Positions 37,904-49,616 of a DNA stretch of 64,000 nt are shown here, piece after piece. The notes beneath the pieces are model-generated. The model saw only the letters and a list, made by a program, of their open reading frames with translations, did no database searches and was not told where the DNA came from. The position numbers were made by a program, and so were the translations under genes. How positions within the stretch are numbered: position 1 is the stretch's first letter; the number at the start of each line of letters is the position of its first letter. Location of the stretch: positions 930,001 to 994,000 of the forward strand of contig JAMWBK010000006.1 of NCBI GenBank assembly GCA_029953675.1, given 5' to 3'. The DNA comes from Rhodosorus marinus CCMP1338 (taxonomy: Eukaryota; Plantae; Rhodophyta).

Positions 37904-39473
37904 TCGTATCTGATAACCTGATCATGAAACGGATGCTTGTCGTTTACACAGCCGCTTTTCCCATGCTGACGTGTCGGTTATCACCAAAGCAAACTGCGCT
38001 GGTGTACTTCTTCATCAACGAAGATCCTGAACGCACGTGAGCGGGTTCATTCCTTTTCTGTATATGAGCGAATAGCCTCGGAGACCAAGCGGAGGTCTCA
38101 GAGATGGCTCACTAAATGGCGTGTCCTCTGTGAAGTGGATGAATTGGTCCTCGAAACAAGCTTTGGAGACGATGGGCACTGGCGGCTGCGTCCCACTGGA
38201 TGGGAGGTGCGGAATAGCGGACCGAAGAGGCAGCTTGAATTAGGGATTCAGAAAGCGATAGTATCAAGGCCAAATGGAATGACCTAGAAGTCGCCTCAGA
38301 AACGTGTAGCCAGACACTTAAACCTAAACCTGATGGTTGTGACGCATACCGGCAGGTTCTCCAGCTGATCTCGAAGAGTCAAAAGTTTTTATTTTGACTC
38401 ATAAACTACCGAAGAAATCGGGCGGTGTGAAGCGCTCATACGTGAAGAATCAGAGCCCCAGCCGTATCAGTAGCTCATGTCTTCATCGACTGTGGTGTCA
38501 TTGCAAACTTGGTTGGGGATGAAGTCCTTGTCGATCTCAGGAAATCCTGTCGTGCCGGCCAATAGATCTCATAGACTGACGCAACCCCTGATAGAAGCAT
38601 TGACTGATCATGATCGGCTCGAACGCAGACTTTCAACGTCGTTCATCGTCTCTGCGTCCATAGAGTTTCTACCAAAGATCCTGGCAGCAGTCAGACTTTG
38701 CACTGCCCGGGAAATCCAGTCCGCATCCCTCAAGTGGATCTCGCTTGAGCGCTATATCGAACAGTAAGCTCATGATTGTAAGACCAGCTCCGACCAAGCG
38801 ACAATGCTCACGGACACTGGATAGATCGGTAGACAGTTTACTAGTCCAGCACGTCTGAGGTCATGTCAAAAACAGCAAATGAGCAGTCCATTGATCATTG
38901 TAAAGTCGCTACAACTGAACCACCACAGGACCCATTGGTAAGAGTGAATAGCCTTTCAAGCCATTCAGCGCCAGTTAAGAGCGCACTTTCATCGTCTTTG
39001 AGACAGAGTTCACGGGGAGAACTAGTGCAGAAGCAGAAGCGACCTCTAAAAACATATACAGCAGCGAGGAGAGATTCGTTCTTTTCTTGTTGCTCGTACG
39101 GCAACCATCTTTGAGCCAAACCGCATTGTCACTGACACCTCTTCAGTGAAGCAGCAAGTTGACATGGATGAACTCAAGATGAGCCAGAACTTGAGCTGTA
39201 CTTATACGTACTGAACGAGTAGAGGATTCGTCTTGTTCGTAACGCTCCATGCTTCAATGAGTAGCATCGCCATCCACGTAGGAACGTGTGAAGCGTTCGT
39301 AAAGGAGGAAGCTGGACGTGGATGACGGACGGGGTTTCGTCAACGCTGGAGTGGACTCTAGCTGTCATACTGGTGCTTATTGTTTGAGTAGATCATCGAC
39401 GTAGAGACCTGCATGGACCGATACGGATCTTTCTAGGAGGATATCTAACTTTTTTTTGCTCGCTTCGGACGCC

Positions 39474-41799
39474 ATGGGGTCATGTTTGATATTGTACGCG
39501 ACTCAAAGTGGTGATGCTGAGGAGATGGCGGTGAGGATCTGGTCTCCGTTGAGATGTTTCGAGGAATCGTTGGGCTCACCGGTATCGATTGGCGAGTATA
39601 AAGCGGTTGACCTGGCTACTGAAGGACGTGTCGTACTGTTCGTCGTATCGACGACCGGCGATGGCGTCGTGCCGGACGAGATGAAAATATTTTGGAGGAT
39701 CCTGCTGAATAGGAACCTCAGCAACACTGCCCTGGCAGATCTGAGGTATTCGGTCGTCGGACTTGGAGACTCCGGATATGATCTTTTTAACGCTGCTGCC
39801 AGAAAACTCGACAAGCGACTTCTGTCCCTTGGAGCTAAGCAATGGTACACCGATCATCCCATCCACCTGGCCATAAGTTTTCCCCCACCTTCCCGGTCCC
39901 CCTCCGGGAAAGGGCCCAATCCCGTCACAAGGCTTCTCAACATGCTCGATCGAATGTATTGATCTAGTCTCCAACCAGTCCTCTGCGACGCAGCTGATCC
40001 TCTGACCACGGACAAGGCCATGGACGAGTTTCAATCCAGCCTTCTGAAACTCCTGTACGGACCAACCTCAGAGACATCGCAGTATAAGATCCCCCCACCG
40101 GTCTATGCTGTGAAGGCTACCCCCGGCCTCAACAGCGAAAGCATGGCATCGACTAAATGGTCCTCGACTTCCTCCGGAGGTGTTTCTTCAGGTCGGCTTT
40201 CGATGGCGTCCGTCATCTCAAATACAGGCCTGTCAGACCCCAGGTGAGCAGAGCAATTTCCAAAGATACTGACCCTGTTTTCGTCGGGTGAGTAATCGTC
40301 TGACCCCCGAGTGACTTTTTCTCGTTCCAGTATCGAAGGAAGAGACGTCCGACATGTCAAGTTGAAAACGATCAAGCCTATGGACTACAGTCCGGGAGAC
40401 GTTGTATACGTCTATCCAAGAAACCCATCTCAAGCTGTGGAATCGTTCCTGGACATGATGAGGCTCGATGGAAATCAGGTGGTTGAAATTGAAGCACGAG
40501 GTAATGGAGTTTTCCACAAGCAAGCTTTTGAAGCTCGCTTCAGCTTCACTGAATTAGACAGTCGAAATATGGACTGATTCGGTGGACTGATCGCAACCAC
40601 GTAGGTCCCTCACTGAACGTCAGGTCGCCATGTTCGATTCGTGAGATCGTATACGGCCATTTGGACCTCCTCGGCACTCCCTCTAGGAGGTTTATGGAGA
40701 AGCTTTCAGGATACGCAGTGGAGGAGCGGGAGCGGGAGAGACTTTCCTATTTGGCCAGTGAAGAGGTACATCCTCAAAGCATGGTCTCGGCTTTCATGCT
40801 TCGGCTTCTCAGGAATCTCTTTCCGATTGATGGTGCCGACAGGGTTCCGGTGAGCTGTATCAATACGCAGTGTCGGAGAGCAGAAGCACAGCTTTGGTAT
40901 TCAGGGACTTTCCCAGCGTACGTCCAGGTCTTTCGGATCTGCTAGGCTTGGTTCCGCGGTTACGTCCACGCGCGTTCTCAATTGCTTCATCATCCCGCGC
41001 AACGCCTGGAGAAATCCACCTGTGTGCAGCGATCGTTCGCTACAGGACGTCGCTTCCAAACCTTCCGGAACGAGTAGGCCTGTGTTCAGGTTTCCTCTCT
41101 CAGCTGGATCCAAACGACTTGGTTCCTTTCCGAATTACTCGTGGTACCCTCAACTTTCCAAATGAACCATGCGGGCCGGTGATTATGGTTGGGCCCGGCA
41201 CAGGCATCGCTCCCTTCCGAGCGTTTTTGTTACACTCCAGTCGGGTGGATACAGTGCGTTTACCCAATGTGTATCAATCTAGATACGAAAACGACGTAGA
41301 CTTGCCTAACAAAGCTCTTCTGCGATGGACCCGCTTCTTCATCTTCCAGAAATTTGAGCTGTTCTTCGGGTGCCGTCGAGAAGCGGAAGATTTCCTTTTC
41401 AAGGAAGAGCTCACCTCTCTAGAATCGACTGGCCGCCTTTCACTTCTCGTCACTGCATTCTCCAGGGAGCAAAGACAGAAGGTCTACGTCCAGGACAAAA
41501 TTGCGTCCCACCAAAACGAGCTCGCGTCTCTGCTTGATCACGATGACGCCAGGATATATGTCGCCGGTACCGCCGGAGCGATGCCAAAAGCAGTGCGTGC
41601 ATTCGTCAACAGTAGTGCGGCAAGTAATCTTAGGCAGACGACCTAAGACAGCTCTACCTTCCCTTTCTCGTCAACCCCGTAGGTTCGGAGAGCATTTGAG
41701 GGGATCTTGGCAGCACACTTGGGAATTTCTAATGAGGAAGCGAAGGAGCGGATTAGAATTATGTTGGCCAAGAGACGATATCAAGAGGAATGCTGGTGA
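39474..41799 (+). CDS. NDOR1: NADPH-dependent diflavin oxidoreductase 1 (Tah18/ATR3), multi-exon
   Basis: FMN-binding ILYATQSGDAEE, VSTTGDG, FWRILL and GLGDSGY..FN.AARKL..RL. FAD/NADPH-binding PRAFSIASS, GLCSGFL, MVGPGTGIAPFR, LFFGCR, AFSREQ..KVYVQ and VAGTAGAMPK. C-terminus RYQEECW. Confidence 0.92.
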
Positions 41800-42340
41800 A
41801 TGAAACCAGCTGTGCACAAACTCACGGAGCCTTGAGCTTGTTTTCAACTGCAAGCTTTTGCGCCCGAAAGAGGCTGCTGTTGGTTTTTCGATCATGACTC
41901 GTTCGCTTGAGACACATCTGTGCTCGACGAATGCAACCACCGTGAAACGCGATTCAAGCGAGCGTAAACGCTGACTCATGAACGGCTGACCAAACTGAGA
42001 AGACTCGAAAGAATGAACAAAACGCGTGCTGCCGATCGTGCCTAAAGCCCTTCAATGACCGTCGAAACCACCGCGTCGTAGGGGTCTTCCCGGATTATTT
42101 GCGATCTCGGACACGAAGAGAGCTTAATCCTTAGCCACCGCTTTTTTTTTGCCGGAGACGGTTGCATCTCGCTGTCGCGTTAGTCACTACTGTTCAACGG
42201 AACGTCCAGTATAAGCTCTGAGACTCCTCCGGATTGACGCTGTCGACGGCTTCGACGCTGTTCATAATTTTGGAAGGTTGTTTGGTCGTCGTACAATCGG
42301 TAGTTGTCATCGACATTCGGCATATCCATGTTTTCCTCGA

Positions 42341-43419
42341 CTACTGCCCGGAATGTTTAAACCAGTACGAATTCTCAGATATCTCTGGTTTCTCGCTTTC
42401 GCGGTAGAGCCGCCGTTCCTCGATGTATTGAATGACTGGGTCACAAGTCAAGTATTTGATGGATCGGTCTTCGGAGACTCTTTTCCTGTGTTTGACGGTT
42501 TTCGGAAAGAACGCAGAGGATTAGTATGAGCAATCGATTAGGACGTTGTACATATGACCCTACCGTATCTCTGACGAGCTAACGTTGAACGCAAGCGAGT
42601 TACCCAAGAGCTTAAACTTTTCTGGACGTCGCTGGTAAACATCCGCGTCAAGAAGGTTCTCATTGCTCTTGGCACCAGATCTTGGCATTACGAGTAGGCT
42701 AGCTTGTTGGAATAGGTTCTCAACCTGGTTTGGGGATTCATGTACAGAGGTCTTGTAGTTAGGATACTGGACAATTTAACGAGACGCGATCGGAAGCATC
42801 TGAACCGGAGGACGCACGTTTTCGGGTGCCCACTTGGGCATTGAATGAACAAGATCCTCGCCACAAACCAGCTTGACATGCACGGCTCTATTCGTGTAAG
42901 CGCATAAGTCCTCCCGGATCATCACAAGCACTTTCCAGGTCGGTAAGAAAACCTCACTGTCGCACTCAACTGAGCAGACGTCAATCCACGACGAGGATTG
43001 AGCTGCCAACTCGCACATTTTCAGACGATCTTCGGACGAAGCAAGGCCGGGTTTCCCGTACGCATCTCCAACAGGCGAAAGCAAACCGCCCAAGACAATC
43101 ATTCCTTCCTCCCTCTCAATAACATCTCGAGCGAGCTCTGCGGGCAAACAAGACAGACCAAAAACCATCGCCACAGAAACGACATATAAGATATCTCCTC
43201 TGCTCTCGACACGGCAGTCGCAGAAACTGCTCTTGTCGATCGCTTACCCAGAAGAAGCAAGTGAAAAACCGTCACTGGGTTAAACGATCCACACTCCACC
43301 AGAACAACCACTTCCGAGTCGCTATCCTCTGGTATTTGACTCAGCTTACCCCGTTGCAGCATCGACATCATCCTGGACTCCCTTCTTTTATAACTTTGCA
43401 GTCCACCGAAAGCATTCAT
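42341..43419 (-). CDS. NMNAT: Nicotinamide/nicotinate mononucleotide adenylyltransferase, multi-exon
   Basis: CGSFNPVT..H, GGLLSPVGDAYGKPGLAS..DRL.MC.LA, KLVCG.DL and terminal RSIKYLTCDPVIQYIEERRLY. The start may be 43371. Confidence 0.92.
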
Positions 43420-44477
43420 AAGCTTTGATTAACCCGTCAAAATCGAGAAAACTTGTGTCCAATGCATTTCGGTCGAATAGATTTGTCCTCGGGTTCTGTA
43501 TAGCTGTCCCCAAGAACATCCTCTCCTTGCCACTCCACATCGAACCGATTTGAGCACTACTTCATTGCCCGCCCTGTCTTCGTCGTTGAAGTTGAGGACG
43601 ATAGAGGTGACTCCTCAAGAGCTTGGGTATCAAAGCGAACTGTCTAAGACGTATTGAGAATGAACAACAAACACGCTGTGCTTGTCGCCAAATAACAAGT
43701 TGTGCGCTCTTGCCGTGCTTTCCTTTTCGCTTTAAAGCATTCAAGCGCGGAAGCCGATTGAGGCTGGTCAGATTTCTCTCTCTTCTGAAAGACACTGTCC
43801 AAAAGTTCTTCGAACCACAAACACAGTAGTCCCTGAGACTCTAGAACACAAGTCGCGTATCGATTGTAGTGCTCACCGATCATAGAACAAGCATTACAAG
43901 TCAAAGAAGCTACGGAGCAGATATAACTGGGGAGCGGATTGAGCAGGAGGACGGGGTCTAAACGTGCTCTCGCAAAGTAAAGTACTGAAAGGAGAGGTCG
44001 GAGTCAACCGAAAAAGTCTGCTGTTGTCTCTGCCGGTTGGCTGGCTTTTTCTGAATGTCTCCGCGTGCTAAGCTGGCGGAAACGAGCCATGTTCTTTCAA
44101 TGATCTCGTCCGAGCTTTCCTAGTCTACGCTCAGATACGGTCGCCGTTTTTACTCTGTCCAGAGCCCAGCTTCTATATACAGAAGTCGCCGCTTACCATG
44201 GCACGACCACCACCTACACGATTGAGATTGAGTTTAGTACTTTCAACATGGACGCAACTGATCACTGACGTCCGAGTGAGTTGAAGAGTAGCTTCATGTT
44301 CAGAGCAGCTCAGAATGTGGTTTCATGACTCTTGAGTTTATGAACGTCTGAGGTCTGGTCCTTCAGGTCCGCAACGTCTGTTGCTCCTCGGCATAGCACG
44401 GGATCAATGCGACGTTGATTCGCGGTCACCACTTGGACAGATTTCATGTCTCATTGGTTGCCCCAAAACTTCGTGAA

Positions 44478-46226
44478 TCAGAGGTCGCGAATCATCATCT
44501 CAACCACCTCTTTCTTCACGATTTTTCCCATGTCGTTTCTTGGAATCTTTGCTTCGTACTTCCAAACCCTCGGGACCTTGAAGCGGGCGATACGAGCCGC
44601 GCTCCACTCTAACAGATCCCGTTCACTCATTGGTTTTGACATGTCCTCCAAGACGATCATTGCCCCGACTACCTGTCCGAATTCCTCACTAGGGAGTCCC
44701 ACTTTCGTCATGGTGAAATACCACGGCAGGGAATTCGTCAGAACGACAAAATGTGGAGTCCATGCTCAGCGGTTGTCGAGTTCCTTACCAACTGCGACCT
44801 CAGCAATGTTCTCGTGTTCTAGCAGTTGTCTCTCGACTTCTAGCGCAGATATCTTGAATCCGGCACTCTTTATGATGTCGATAGACTTCCTACCGAGGAT
44901 CCGAAACCAATCTTCAGAATCTCTCTCTACAATGTCGCCGGTCTTGAAGAAGCCATCATCGGTGAAGCTTTTCTGCGTCGCCTCGTCATTCCGCCAGTAC
45001 TTGGTGAAGACTCCCGGTCCTGATAGCAGCAGTTCACCAGATGCGGCACCTCTCTCCAATTGTCTGGCTCCAGTCTCTGGATCCAGGATCTGTGGTTGCA
45101 AAGCTTACAAAGTCTTGTGAGTGGAAGGCTATCGATTGATCGGTACAACTCCCAACGAGTACTAAGCGCGCATAGGTAGGCAGGTTCAACGCACCCTTGT
45201 CTGGACACCAGGAAATGCCTTTCCGACCCACCCCTCCCTTCTTTCTTCTTCGTATGGATTCGAGAGCGCCATGCCAACCTCGGACATGCCGTAGCGCTCG
45301 AGGATGCGTTGCCCAGTGATCTCCTCCCATTTCCTGAAGTAGGTGGTCTGCAATGCTGCAGAACCAGAAACACAAAGTCGCAACCTTGAGGCCGCCTCAC
45401 GGGATTTCTGATCCGGACTCTGCTCAAACGCTCGGATCATTCTCGCGTAAACTGTCGGTACCGCCATGAAGACAGTGGGGGGAGAGCTTGATCGAATTCT
45501 AGACCAAGCCTCCTGTTGATCAAACACCTCCATCATGTCTAGTTCGGCGCCGTTCCAAACGGCGCAGCCCGCGATATTCATGATGCCGTGCACGTGGTCC
45601 AGGGGTAAAAAGAGAAGGATTCGATCGCTTCGTTTCCATCCCCACGCGGTAGACATTGTTTCCGCTTGATAGTCTACCATCTTGTGGGTCCATACAACGC
45701 CCTTGGGTTTCCCTGTCGTTCCAGACGTGTAGATTAACATCGCTTCATCGCCAGCCTGTGAAATATCTTGCGGTCCAGTGCTCGGAGTTCGCTTGCCAAC
45801 GACAGCACCGTCGTCCTCAGAGATCTCAACAAGAGGTATGGACCTGCTTTTCGCAACCATTTCCGATGTAGGTTTGGTGGATTCCGTACATATGATTGCC
45901 GACGGATCAGAGTCTCCAACGACATGATCAGTCTCAGCCGCCGGGAACTTTGGATGAATAGGAACGGCAGTTGCTGAGCTCATCCATGAGGAAAACTGAG
46001 CCACTAGGTACGGAAAAGTTTCCGGTACGCAGTAGGCAACCCTTGGCTGGTCTGCTCCTCCATTCCTATACCGACTCAACAGCGGGCCAAGCGTACCAGC
46101 AAGCGCTTCCGCCCGGTTCGTCAGGTCCAGATAAGAGAAGGATTTACCTCGACAGTGGATCCTCTTGGCGCCTTGAAGCTCGGACGCAGTCCTATAGAGC
46201 CGTCGCACCGATCCAGCCCTACTCAT
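44478..46226 (-). CDS. ACSF3: ACSF3/AAE13-like malonate-CoA ligase (AMP-binding acyl-CoA synthetase), 3 exons
   Basis: IYTSGTTGKPKGV, LPLDHVHG, FMAVPTVY, ILERYGMSE.GMALSNP, FKTGD, IKSAGFKISALEVE and PRNDMGK. ERYGM.E.GMALSNP is typical of the malonyl-CoA synthetase clade. Confidence 0.85.
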
Positions 46227-47932
46227 TTGTTCTCCAGGAACCCTAGCTTTGAACAAATATTTCTCCTACTCAATTGATCGGCTGCCATCCAGACCATTGC
46301 CTTCGCTCAAGGAATAGCTTGCAAACACATCAGGATGATCTAATGGACTGAAATTGAGCTAAAATCCCGTTCAATACGATGAGAGATAGAAAATCAGCAT
46401 TGCCATTGCCATAGGCTGATCGCTATCACTTTTTTCTTTCTAAAACAAATTATTCTTTCAAAAAATTGAAAAAGAGGGCAAAAAATCTGTCCCAAAATCC
46501 CTGTATACTGTTGCAGACCAAAACCCTGCTTTTTTTCAGAGGATAATCTGTGCGATGGGCCTTTGGCTTTTCAGACGTTATCGCCCAGCTTGTACAGTCA
46601 AACTGGGGCTACGCCATCAGATGCGTCGAGTGATGATTACGGAAAGATGATGTATTTGGATGTGCGGATCCCAGTCTGCAACAGCGGAACCCCCGGGAGA
46701 GACCTTGCACTGACTTCCAAATGCATAAATAATCTTTTGCTCAATCACGAGCGCAGTGCAGGGTCCGTTTGCTGGCGTAGCAATGGAAGTTTGCTATGCA
46801 AGCTTGCGGCCAGTAAAAATCATTGGATCTGCTGCGGAACGGAGCTCGAACCATGGCGGGGCATGGAATTTCAGCGGATTCTCGAAATGCTTTGAGAAAG
46901 CTCGTGAAGCAGGTGTCGCTTCCCAAATATCATTACCAACTCTCAGTTTTCAAATAAAATAGAAGCAATCCCTGCTTTTCCAAATTTAGAAAATTCTCTA
47001 TTGAATGAACAGAAAAAATATTACCTGTATTGTATTTCTTCCAATAAATTTGATAAGCAAACAGCTGGAAAGTCCACACCCAAGTGCGCAAAGTCAATAG
47101 ATCGCGCATCCTGAACTAAGACAGCGTAACAGCGCCATATAGTCAGAGCAAGACTCAAAGAAGCATACAATCGATAAAGATCATCAGGGCGGTCACGGTA
47201 GCGCTCACGCAACCAAGCGCCCTCCAGCACAAACTAGCAATTCGCAGAACTCATCTTCCTAAAGGGAACAAAACCGATGAACAAGCGCAGACAGCAAAAG
47301 CCTCAGCGTTGGTTAGCACCCCCGACTACACTGATTCCCTATGGCTGCGCACAGAGCACTCCTAATTTATTTTCCCCCCTCGCGCAACGTGGATTTCTCT
47401 CTGTCGCTGTCACCAACGAGGTCAGTCGGAGTGATTGAGATACCGTTAGTCTGGGGTTACATCCACTCTGAAGTCCAAATCCGATGACTTGATTAACCAC
47501 TATTGGGAACTAGAGTCTAGGATGTTGACGAGGGCGCAAGAAAAAGCTGTACCTACAATCCTCCCTCCAACAGCCCCACTCGATCCACCCGTCCCGATCC
47601 ACCCGTATTGGCTACGGCTTGATCAATACCGCAGTCGGTGTATTCGACGAGTAAACGTTGTGCACGAATGTCCACTCGTCCTGGACAAAAGCTTCGTCAG
47701 CCCACCAATTTCCTTTCGAACACTTGGAATTTCTTTTGCCAAATTCTGACGTTTGTTTTGTCTCCCTATGTCTCCTGCTCTCTCTCCGCCTAGTCCTTCC
47801 CCTTACAGACTTTGTAAGCGTCCTCGTCAAGATCCACAATCGATTTCGTAGACACCTGTCACTTTTAAAACTACTATAATTCATATGATGATGAAAACTG
47901 CTGAAATACTCCCCTAATCGTACGGTGAGGCA

Positions 47933-47992
47933 GGTCCGGAATTGCCCGGTTCGGAATTGCCCAGTTCGTAATTGCCCGGTTCGCAATTGGCC
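47933..47992. repeat. 15-bp tandem repeat x4 (consensus GGTTCGGAATTGCCC)
   Basis: Read directly: units at 47933, 47948, 47963 and 47978. Confidence 0.9.
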
Positions 47993-48151
47993 CTATTCAT
48001 TTTGAAAGGTTTTCATGCCTTATTGCCCCATTGACCAACTATATCGCCGATTCCAACCGTCTCGTGAATATTCTATTGCCCCAAGCTTTCCCCCCCGAGT
48101 TTTGCCCCCATGCCTGGTGCTTAGCTACGAGCGATTGTGGTAGGGAGGAAC

Positions 48152-48367
48152 GGAGAAAATTCATCAGGGCGGCAGAGTGCGGCAACATTCAACCCGGGGG
48201 GGGGGTCAAGCGATTGATTTCCATCAGAAGCGCCAAGGCTTGGGTACGATCAGTAGTGGGACTCTTGGGCTACCACTAGAGTCCTAGCAGGTAGCAGTAA
48301 GGGAGAAAGCTCATCTGGGCGGCAGAGTGCAACAACATTCAAAGGAGGGGGTCAAGTGCTTGACTTT
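48152..48367. repeat. Diverged direct repeat of about 65 bp at 150-bp spacing
   Basis: GGAGAAA.TCATC.GGGCGGCAGAGTGC..CAACATTCAA...GGGGGTCAAG occurs at 48152 and 48302. Confidence 0.85.
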
Positions 48368-48542
48368 GATCTGCCGAATAAGCCATCTGTTTGTTGACAA
48401 AGATTTCAAGGAGTCCTTTTTTTATTCGCAAGGACGAACCTCGCAAATATTCAGGTGGGATCCTGTGCGACATTGCCTACAGAGGTCGAGCATCCAAAAG
48501 TATAACTCGGGCGAAATGAGCATGACATGACAGCGTTGAGGT

Positions 48543-49616
48543 ATGAGAGAGATGTGTACGATTCCTGCATGGTTGATTTTCTCTGCTGGGAGGTACCGGG
48601 TTCAGGTCTTAACAGAAGAACCCTGTGATCGGAGGGCAAGGTGCGGAGCTCGCGGTGAGCTAGGGCGGTTGCATTTCTCAAGAGCACTGGGGCACGGGAG
48701 GTTCGCTGTTAAGCGGTCGCAGTCGCGCACAGAGAGCTTGCCCTTTTCCGAGTTGAGGGAGGAAACGGAACCTGAGTCTATACACTCTGAGAATCGAAGG
48801 GGCGACTTGGGGACCGGGGACGTATACATCTACAGTTTAGCCAAATTTTTGCGCACGGTGGGTTCTCTTTTGCAAGCTTTTGCCCCATCGGCTTTTCAGT
48901 GGCGTATCCTAGATTCTGACAATACTGAGGAGTTCATGGAGGCAGGCACTCACGCTCGTAACTCTGATCTCACGGTTACCCGGAGTGCGAATCACACGGA
49001 GCGAAGCGAGGCTGACAGGAAATTGACTATTTGTATCCTTGGAAGCTCAGTGGCTAGGGGATTCTGGGCTTCAAACTGCCTAGGTTGGTCCGCAATGCTT
49101 AAGGATGCTCTGAAGAACCAGTTTGGACACAACACAGTCAATATGTCCGTGCCTGGCGCAGATGTCGTGGCTACTTTGAAGGCGTTCGACGACTTAGTGC
49201 CGCGTTTGAAGCCTGACATAGTGATCATATCGTTGTCCCTCGGCAACGAAGGTATGTTTCTCTGTCCACCTAGTCAACGTAAGCAAGTTCAGGTGCGTTT
49301 CGAGAACGGTATTCGACAATTGATAGCGAAGACGATTGACGTTGGTGCGAGGCCAGTGCTTGGCGGAGTGTATCCGAACGGAGATTCTGTGCCGCAGACG
49401 TATGAGCTGCTGAAGGAGACGAACAGAAACCTGATCAATCTTGGTTTTCCGATGCTGAATTGGTTGGGCGCTCTTGATGACGGCAATGGACGGTGGAAAA
49501 GCAAGCTCTGGGCAGATCCCTCGCACCCAAATACCGAGGGTCAGCGGGTTATGTTTGAGTGTATTGATTTGGACATATTCACGTCCAAGAGCAAGCCCCC
49601 GGAGAACAAGCTATAG
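48543..49616 (+). CDS. SGNH/GDSL-type hydrolase; true start uncertain (48543 or 48936)
   Basis: Block I ILGSSVARG, block II NMSVPGA, block III SLSLGNEG and block V DPSHPN. The core domain is uninterrupted. Confidence 0.85.
   Translation: MREMCTIPAWLIFSAGRYRVQVLTEEPCDRRARCGARGELGRLHFSRALGHGRFAVKRSQSRTESLPFSELREETEPESIHSENRRGDLGTGDVYIYSLAKFLRTVGSLLQAFAPSAFQWRILDSDNTEEFMEAGTHARNSDLTVTRSANHTERSEADRKLTICILGSSVARGFWASNCLGWSAMLKDALKNQFGHNTVNMSVPGADVVATLKAFDDLVPRLKPDIVIISLSLGNEGMFLCPPSQRKQVQVRFENGIRQLIAKTIDVGARPVLGGVYPNGDSVPQTYELLKETNRNLINLGFPMLNWLGALDDGNGRWKSKLWADPSHPNTEGQRVMFECIDLDIFTSKSKPPENKL

Noticed and set aside
44446-45120. Long opposite-strand ORFs such as 44446-45120 (+), 33320-33733 (-) and 26266-26745 (+)
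   Set aside because: These are antisense shadows of well-supported genes (ACSF3, YqeH, PCCB) with no motifs of their own.
47021-47230. Exon-like minus-strand ORF (LEGAWLRERYRDRPDDLYRLY...) bounded by AG and GT
   Set aside because: I could not join it in frame to neighbouring exons and recognised no motif.
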